A DNA stretch of 64,000 nucleotides from Sphingomonas bacterium (GTDB taxonomy: Bacteria > Pseudomonadota > Alphaproteobacteria > Sphingomonadales > Sphingomonadaceae): assembly GCF_028292965.1 (NCBI RefSeq), contig NZ_JAQGLG010000026.1, positions 31,384-95,383 of the forward strand, read 5' to 3'. Positions 58,568 to 64,000 of the stretch are shown here, piece by piece. How positions within the stretch are numbered: the stretch's first letter is position 1; each line of letters starts with the position of its first letter. Both the position numbers and the translations under genes were made by a program. A model generated the notes under the pieces. It was not told where the DNA came from. It saw only the letters and a list, made by a program, of their open reading frames with translations, and made no database searches.

Positions 58568-60184
58568 TCAGCCGCCAGTGTGGCCGATAAGCGACAGCGA
58601 GGGCGATGCCTCGACCAGCCGGCGGGTATAGGCATGGGCCGGTGCGGATAGGAGGGCCATCGCCTCTCCCTGCTCGACCACGCGGCCCTGCTCCATCACG
58701 ACGACGCGATCGGCGATCTGTTCGACTACGGCGAGGTCGTGGGTGATGAACAGGCAGGCGAAGCCGCGGTCGCGCTGCAGTTGTTGCAATAGGGTCAGTA
58801 TCTGGAGCTGGATCGTCAGGTCGAGCGCCGACACCGGCTCGTCGGCGACGATCAGCCGGGGTCGCGAGACGATCGCGCGGGCAATGGCGACGCGCTGGCG
58901 CTGGCCGCCCGACATCTGGTGCGGCCGGCGCGACTCGAAGCCGGCGAGACCCACCTCGTCCAGCGTGGCGAGCACACGATCGCGACGTTCCGCTACGCTC
59001 AGACCGGGAATGTGGCGCAGCGCGGCGCCGACGATCTCGGCGATGCGCAGATGCGGCGGCAGCGAGGAGAAGGGGTCCTGAAAGACGAGCTGCGCGTCGC
59101 GGCGGAACTTCGCCCGCCCCGCGCGGTCGAGCGTGGCGATGTCGGCGCCGTCGAACTTGATCGATCCGCCGGCCAGCGCCTTCAGCCCCATTGCGGCGCG
59201 GCCAAGCGTGGTCTTGCCCGAGCCACTCGCGCCGACCAGCGCAACGATCTCGCCCTGGCGCACGCTGAGATCGACGCCATCGACGACACGCTTCGGGGCG
59301 CTCTTGCGAAACAGGCCGGGCTTGCCGGGATAGTCGATGACGACCTGCCGCATCGACAATAGGTCGGGCGCCGCCGCCGGGATCGCCGCACGACCGCCGC
59401 TGCGGCGGGGCAGCGAATTGACCAGCTTGGCGGTATAGGGATGGCTCGGCTCGGCCAGCACCCTGGCGGTCGCGCCGGCTTCGACCAGCACGCCCTTTTC
59501 GAGCACCAGCACGCGCTCGGTATATTCGGCGACGAGGCCGAGATCATGCGTGATGAGCAGCAGCGCGGTGCCCATCTCACGGGTCAGCGCGACCATCAGC
59601 AGCAGCACTTCGCGCTGGCTGAGCGTATCGAGCGCGGTGGTCGGTTCGTCGGCGATGAGCAGGCGCGGTTGCAGCAGCAGCACCGAAGCGAGCATGAGGC
59701 GTTGACGCATGCCGCCGGAGAATTCGTGCGGATAGCGCGTCAGGGCGGCGGCCGGGTCGCTGATCTGGACACGTGTGAGCATGTCGATCGAGCGGCGGCG
59801 TATCTCGTCGTCGCTCAGCGCCTGATGGAGCTTCAACCCCTCGGCCAGTTGCAGGCCGATCGGCAGCGCCGGATTGAGCGAGGTCATCGGCTCCTGGAAG
59901 ACCAGCCCGACCCCAGCCCCACGCACGCTGCGCAACTGTTCCTGCGACAGGTCGGTCAACTCGCGGCCCTCGAAGCGGATCGAGCCGGCGGTGCGCGATA
60001 CGCCGGGCGCAAGCAGCCCGGGGATGGCGCGCGTCGCCAGCGTCTTTCCGCTGCCCGACTCGCCGACAATGGCGAGCCGCTCGCCGGCGGCGAGTTCGAA
60101 GCTCAGCCCTTCGAGCAGCGGACGGGCGGCGGGGCCGTCGACCTCGATGCGCAGATTGTCGATGACGAGCAGTGCTTCGCTCAT
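58568..60184 (-). CDS. Peptide/nickel ABC transporter, fused double ATP-binding protein
   Basis: Two Walker A (GESGSGKT, GASGSGKT), FSGGMRQR/MSGGQRQR and ADEP motifs. Confidence 0.93.
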   Translation of the reverse strand: MSEALLVIDNLRIEVDGPAARPLLEGLSFELAAGERLAIVGESGSGKTLATRAIPGLLAPGVSRTAGSIRFEGRELTDLSQEQLRSVRGAGVGLVFQEPMTSLNPALPIGLQLAEGLKLHQALSDDEIRRRSIDMLTRVQISDPAAALTRYPHEFSGGMRQRLMLASVLLLQPRLLIADEPTTALDTLSQREVLLLMVALTREMGTALLLITHDLGLVAEYTERVLVLEKGVLVEAGATARVLAEPSHPYTAKLVNSLPRRSGGRAAIPAAAPDLLSMRQVVIDYPGKPGLFRKSAPKRVVDGVDLSVRQGEIVALVGASGSGKTTLGRAAMGLKALAGGSIKFDGADIATLDRAGRAKFRRDAQLVFQDPFSSLPPHLRIAEIVGAALRHIPGLSVAERRDRVLATLDEVGLAGFESRRPHQMSGGQRQRVAIARAIVSRPRLIVADEPVSALDLTIQLQILTLLQQLQRDRGFACLFITHDLAVVEQIADRVVVMEQGRVVEQGEAMALLSAPAHAYTRRLVEASPSLSLIGHTGG

Positions 60185-60990
60185 GTCCGGCCTCGCGGAT
60201 CGAAGCGGTCGCGCAGCGTATCGCCGAGCATGTTGATGCCAAGCAGGGTGGCGACGATGCACAGGCCCGGCGCAATGCTCAGCCAGCTCGCGGCGTACAT
60301 ATAAGGCCTGGCCGAGGACAGCATGTTGCCCCAGGTCGGCGCGGGCGGCGGCACGCCGACACCGAGGAAACTCAGCGCGCTTTCCGACAGAATCACCCAG
60401 CCGAACAGGCTGGTGGCGAGCACGAGCAATTGCGGCACGGTGTTGGGCAGCACGTGACGCCACATGGTGTAGATCACCCCGTCGCCGGCGACGCGCGAGG
60501 CCTCGACATATTCACGCTCGCGGATCGACAGCACCGCGGCGCGCACGACGCGGACGGTGGCGGGGAGATAGGCGATGGCCAGCGCGATGACGATGCTGTG
60601 GCGGCTCGACCCGAGCACCGAGACCAACGCCAAAGCGAGCAAAATGCCGGGAAAGGCGAGCAACGCGTCGCTGAAGGTCATCAATATCCGGTCGGTCCAG
60701 CCGCGCAGGAACCCGGTGAGCAGGCCCAGCAACGTGCCGGCGACGATAGCGACGGTCACGGTCTGCACCGCGATCAGCACACTTTCCCGCGCGCCGAACA
60801 TCGCACGCGAGGCGACATCGCGGCCGAACTCGTCGGTGCCGAACCAGTGGAGCGGCGACGGCGCGGCGAGCGTCTGGTCGAGATCGATCGCCAGCGGGTC
60901 ATAAGGCAGCCAGACGAAGCCGAGCAGCACCACGATCAGCAACAGGCCGACCAGCCCGAAGCCGAGCATGCGAGAGAAACGGCCCTTCAT
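60181..60990 (-). CDS. Peptide ABC transporter permease (DppC-like)
   Basis: HWFGTDEFGRD, EYVEA, RHVLPN and SFLGVG..PP.PTWG motifs. Confidence 0.92.
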   Translation of the reverse strand: MKGRFSRMLGFGLVGLLLIVVLLGFVWLPYDPLAIDLDQTLAAPSPLHWFGTDEFGRDVASRAMFGARESVLIAVQTVTVAIVAGTLLGLLTGFLRGWTDRILMTFSDALLAFPGILLALALVSVLGSSRHSIVIALAIAYLPATVRVVRAAVLSIREREYVEASRVAGDGVIYTMWRHVLPNTVPQLLVLATSLFGWVILSESALSFLGVGVPPPAPTWGNMLSSARPYMYAASWLSIAPGLCIVATLLGINMLGDTLRDRFDPRGRT

Positions 60991-61931
60991 TCGACCGTCA
61001 CCCGCGGATCGAACACGGGATAAAGCAGGTCGACGATCAGATTGACCACGACATAGATGCACGCGGTGAACAGCAGGCAGCCCTGCACCACCGGATAATC
61101 GCGGCTGAGCACGCCGGTGACCATCAGCCGGCCGAGACCGGGCAGCGTGAACACCGTCTCGATCACCGCGATGCCGCCGAACAGCCGGCCGAGCGTGAGG
61201 CCGACAAGGGTCAGCGTCGGCGCGAAGGCGTTGGGGAAGACGTGGCGCGCCAGCACGGTGCGCTCGGTGAGGCCCTTGGCGCGGGCATGGGTGACGTAAT
61301 CGAGCCGCAGCACATCGATGGTGCTCGAGCGCATCATGCGGATCAGCACGCCGCTTTCCGAGATGGTCAGCGTGACGACGGGCAGGATGAGAAAGGTCAG
61401 CGCGGCGACCGGGTCCTCGGAGAAGGGCACATAGCCAACCACGGGCAACCAGTGCAGCCACACCCCGAAGATCAGCAGCAGCAGCAGGCCCAGCCAGAAG
61501 CTCGGCACGGCAAGGACGAGGCTGGCGGCGCCCATCACCGCGAGATCGGCCCGCGTGTCGCGGCGCCAGGCGGCGAACATGCCCGCGACGATCGCGATGA
61601 TCGTCGCGAGGGCGACCGAGAGCAGCACGACGATGGCCGTCGTTTCGGCACGCGAGAAGAGCAGTTCGGTGACCGGCTCGCCGGTGACCACCGAGGTGCC
61701 GAGATCGCCGGTGAAGACATGGCCCAGCCAGGTAACGAACTGCACCGGAATCGGCTTGTCGAGCCCGAGCTCGGCATGCAGCGCGGCGATCGCCGCCGGG
61801 TCGGCACCCTCGCCCAGCATGACCTGCGCCGGGTCGCCGGGGATCAGGCGGACGAGGAAGAACACGATCAGCGCGACGATCAGCAACGTCGGGATCGCCA
61901 GCAACAGGCGGCGCAGGATATAGCCGATCAT
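60987..61931 (-). CDS. Peptide ABC transporter permease (DppB-like)
   Basis: YILRRLL, PGDPA, GDLGTS, ARAKGL and ETVFTLPGLG motifs. Confidence 0.92.
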   Translation of the reverse strand: MIGYILRRLLLAIPTLLIVALIVFFLVRLIPGDPAQVMLGEGADPAAIAALHAELGLDKPIPVQFVTWLGHVFTGDLGTSVVTGEPVTELLFSRAETTAIVVLLSVALATIIAIVAGMFAAWRRDTRADLAVMGAASLVLAVPSFWLGLLLLLIFGVWLHWLPVVGYVPFSEDPVAALTFLILPVVTLTISESGVLIRMMRSSTIDVLRLDYVTHARAKGLTERTVLARHVFPNAFAPTLTLVGLTLGRLFGGIAVIETVFTLPGLGRLMVTGVLSRDYPVVQGCLLFTACIYVVVNLIVDLLYPVFDPRVTVE

Positions 61932-63508
61932 CGCGCGTTCCCCGGCGCCACGTTCCACAGCCGCAGGCTCTGCGCCGGCCAGGCGCGGTAACCGACAACG
62001 GAGCCCCGCAGCGCGGTGACGCGGCGGGTGTTGTAAAGCACGATCGCCGGAACCTCCTGGCGGAACAGGCCATCGAGGCGATCGAACAGCGCCTGGCGCT
62101 GTTGCCGATCGCCGGTCGCGATGGACCGGGCGAGCAGGTCGCGCGCGGCCGGCGAATTCCACACCTTGCGCGGATCGGTCGCGCGATCGCCGATCAAAAG
62201 GCTGAAGGTCAGCGACGGATCGAGCCGCGCGGAGAAGCCGAAGATCGAGGCCTGATAGTCGCCGCTCGAATAGCGCGCGAGTTGGGTCGCCCAGTCGAGC
62301 GAGACGACCTCGATATTGATTCCCGCCTCGCGTGCCATCGCCTGGACGAGGATGGCGTTGTCGTACATTTCCGGCGGGCTGTGGCTGGTCATCAGCTGGA
62401 TCGGCTCGCCTCTATAGCCCGATGCCTTGACCAGCGCGCGTGCCAGCGGGAGGTTGCGTTGCACCAGCGCCTTTTCGGTCGCCCCATGATAAGGGCTTAC
62501 CACCGCGACCGGCGAACTGTTTGCGACTGCGGTGCCATGGGTCGAAACACGCGTCAGACCGGCGACGTCGATGCTGAGCGCGAGCGCCTGGCGCAGGCGC
62601 GGGTCGCGCAGTGTCGGCGTGTTGGTCTGCAGCAGCACATAATAGAATTCCGACGACACGGCGGACACGAGCTTGATGCCGGGGCTGCCCTGGATGTTGC
62701 CTAGTTCGTTGGGCGCCAGCTGGTCGACGATGTCGACGCTGCCGCGCAGCAGCGCCGCGCTGGCCGCCGAACCGTCGGGGATGACCGAGAAACGGATGCG
62801 ATCAACCAGCGCCTGCTTGCCGCCGCCATTGCCGTCCGGCTTGCCGGGCAGCGAACGATAATCGGCGTAACGCAACAGATCGACATATTGGTTGTGGCGC
62901 CACTCGCCCCAGCGGAATGGCCCCGTGCCGATCGGGTAGCGCCACTTGCCGTCGGGGCCGACCGAATCGCGATGGGTGATGCCGGTACCGCCGCAATCGA
63001 GCCGCGTCAGCATGGTCAGGAACAAAGGCGCCGCACGATCGAGCGTGACATCGATGATATGGGGATCAGGCGTGGTGATCGCGGTAACGCGGGCGATGCC
63101 GCCGGGGCCGAAATCGGTTCTGCAGCGCCAATGGGTTTCCGGCGCGAGATAGCGTTCGAGCGACCATTTGACGTCCGCCGCGGTGAACGGCGCGCCGTTA
63201 TGGAAGCGGATGCCGTGGCGCAGCATGAAGCGGTAGGTGCGACCATCGGGCGAGACGGTCCAGCTGCTCGCCAGCATCGGGCCGACGCTGCCGTCCTCGC
63301 GCGCGGCGACCAGCCCCTCGGCGACATGCAGCAGCACCGCATCGGTATTGGCATCGCGCCTTGTGCCCGGGTCGGACGAGGCGATGTCGGCGTTCATACG
63401 GGCGCGAATGACGCTGCCGCCGGCGACCGGTCGCGCGCGGTGCGACAGGAAAAGGAAGGCGCCGACGACGCAAACGATCAACAAAAGGGCGATGATCGCC
63501 TTACGCAT
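61928..63508 (-). CDS. ABC transporter substrate-binding protein, family 5
   Basis: PMLASSW..SPDG.TY.F.LR.GI.FHNG, DVKWS and PIGTGPF motifs; N-terminal hydrophobic anchor/signal. Confidence 0.92.
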   Translation of the reverse strand: MRKAIIALLLIVCVVGAFLFLSHRARPVAGGSVIRARMNADIASSDPGTRRDANTDAVLLHVAEGLVAAREDGSVGPMLASSWTVSPDGRTYRFMLRHGIRFHNGAPFTAADVKWSLERYLAPETHWRCRTDFGPGGIARVTAITTPDPHIIDVTLDRAAPLFLTMLTRLDCGGTGITHRDSVGPDGKWRYPIGTGPFRWGEWRHNQYVDLLRYADYRSLPGKPDGNGGGKQALVDRIRFSVIPDGSAASAALLRGSVDIVDQLAPNELGNIQGSPGIKLVSAVSSEFYYVLLQTNTPTLRDPRLRQALALSIDVAGLTRVSTHGTAVANSSPVAVVSPYHGATEKALVQRNLPLARALVKASGYRGEPIQLMTSHSPPEMYDNAILVQAMAREAGINIEVVSLDWATQLARYSSGDYQASIFGFSARLDPSLTFSLLIGDRATDPRKVWNSPAARDLLARSIATGDRQQRQALFDRLDGLFRQEVPAIVLYNTRRVTALRGSVVGYRAWPAQSLRLWNVAPGNAR

Positions 63509-63998
63509 CGGCGGTGATACGATCCGATATCGCCGGCTGCCCGGCGGTCAGGCTGTAAGGCACATAGGCCGCCCCGGCGGACGGCATCATCGCCACCTGC
63601 ATTTCGCCCAGCGCCGGCCGCATCAGCAGCGACGCCACGGTGGCGGTGCAGCCGGTCATGGTCGAGGCACGTGGCGGGACGCAGATCGACAGCGGCGTGC
63701 CCGCGGTGTCGAGCAACACGTCGCGCACCTGATCGAGCCCGATCTGGCGGTGCGGCGCGAGCAGACGCTCGGCACGCTGCTGGCGCCAGAAGGTACAGGG
63801 CGAGTCCGGCACACCGGTCTCGCGCAGCTTGGCGAGCGCGATCGGGCTGAGCCAGTGATTGCTGTGCACGAGCAGGCCATCGCGCGGTTCTACCACGAAT
63901 GTCTCGTCGGGCGCGCATTCCAGGTCATGGACGATGCCGGTCCCGGCATGGCTCAGCGCGAGATTGTTGGAGGCCGATTTTTGCGTGGCATAGATCGC
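63501..63998 (-). CDS. C45 family peptidase (acyl-CoA:6-APA acyltransferase-like), 5' part outside window
   Basis: Frame open to the edge; SASNN, LVHSNHW, PDS..R..R, SIC and TVAS motifs typical of the C45 C-terminus. Confidence 0.72.
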   Translation of the reverse strand, partial: AIYATQKSASNNLALSHAGTGIVHDLECAPDETFVVEPRDGLLVHSNHWLSPIALAKLRETGVPDSPCTFWRQQRAERLLAPHRQIGLDQVRDVLLDTAGTPLSICVPPRASTMTGCTATVASLLMRPALGEMQVAMMPSAGAAYVPYSLTAGQPAISDRITADA

Positions 63999-64000
63999 GG

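Noticed and set aside
56016-58631. 871-aa plus-strand ORF
   Set aside because: Antisense shadow of the TBDR gene with no motifs; long shadow ORFs are expected at high GC.

Overview
High-GC alphaproteobacterial DNA, most consistent with a sphingomonad (five TonB-dependent receptors, Sphingomonas-style intergenic palindromes); taxonomy is inferred. From left to right: a 5'-truncated RND permease; a TetR-associated ester/fatty-acid use locus (SDR, MFS, carboxylesterase, acyl-CoA ligase, TBDR; 2.8-12.4 kb); a LysR-associated aromatic catabolic locus (MhpA-like hydroxylase, VOC, two FAH proteins, a double-SnoaL protein, cyclase, TBDR, MFS, SDR; 12.6-23.9 kb); a more core-like stretch (MaoC, DHA2 MFS, GAF, LLM + ATP-grasp, J-domain, BolA, GST, NUDIX, pirin, alpha/beta hydrolase); a second LysR/TBDR catabolic module (32.6-40.3 kb) that ends in a 186-bp inverted-repeat element built from helically phased CAGGGA motifs; bioF-bioD-bioA; ornithine cyclodeaminase + Lrp; and a large GntR-associated peptide/3-hydroxyproline import-and-degradation locus (45.3-64 kb) with TBDR, PepSY, Dpp-type ABC, C45 peptidase and two serine hydrolases. 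Six REP/REPIN-like palindromes are present, one nested inside another. I saw no rRNA, tRNA, CRISPR, transposase or integrase. All product calls come from motif recognition by eye, with no database searches.
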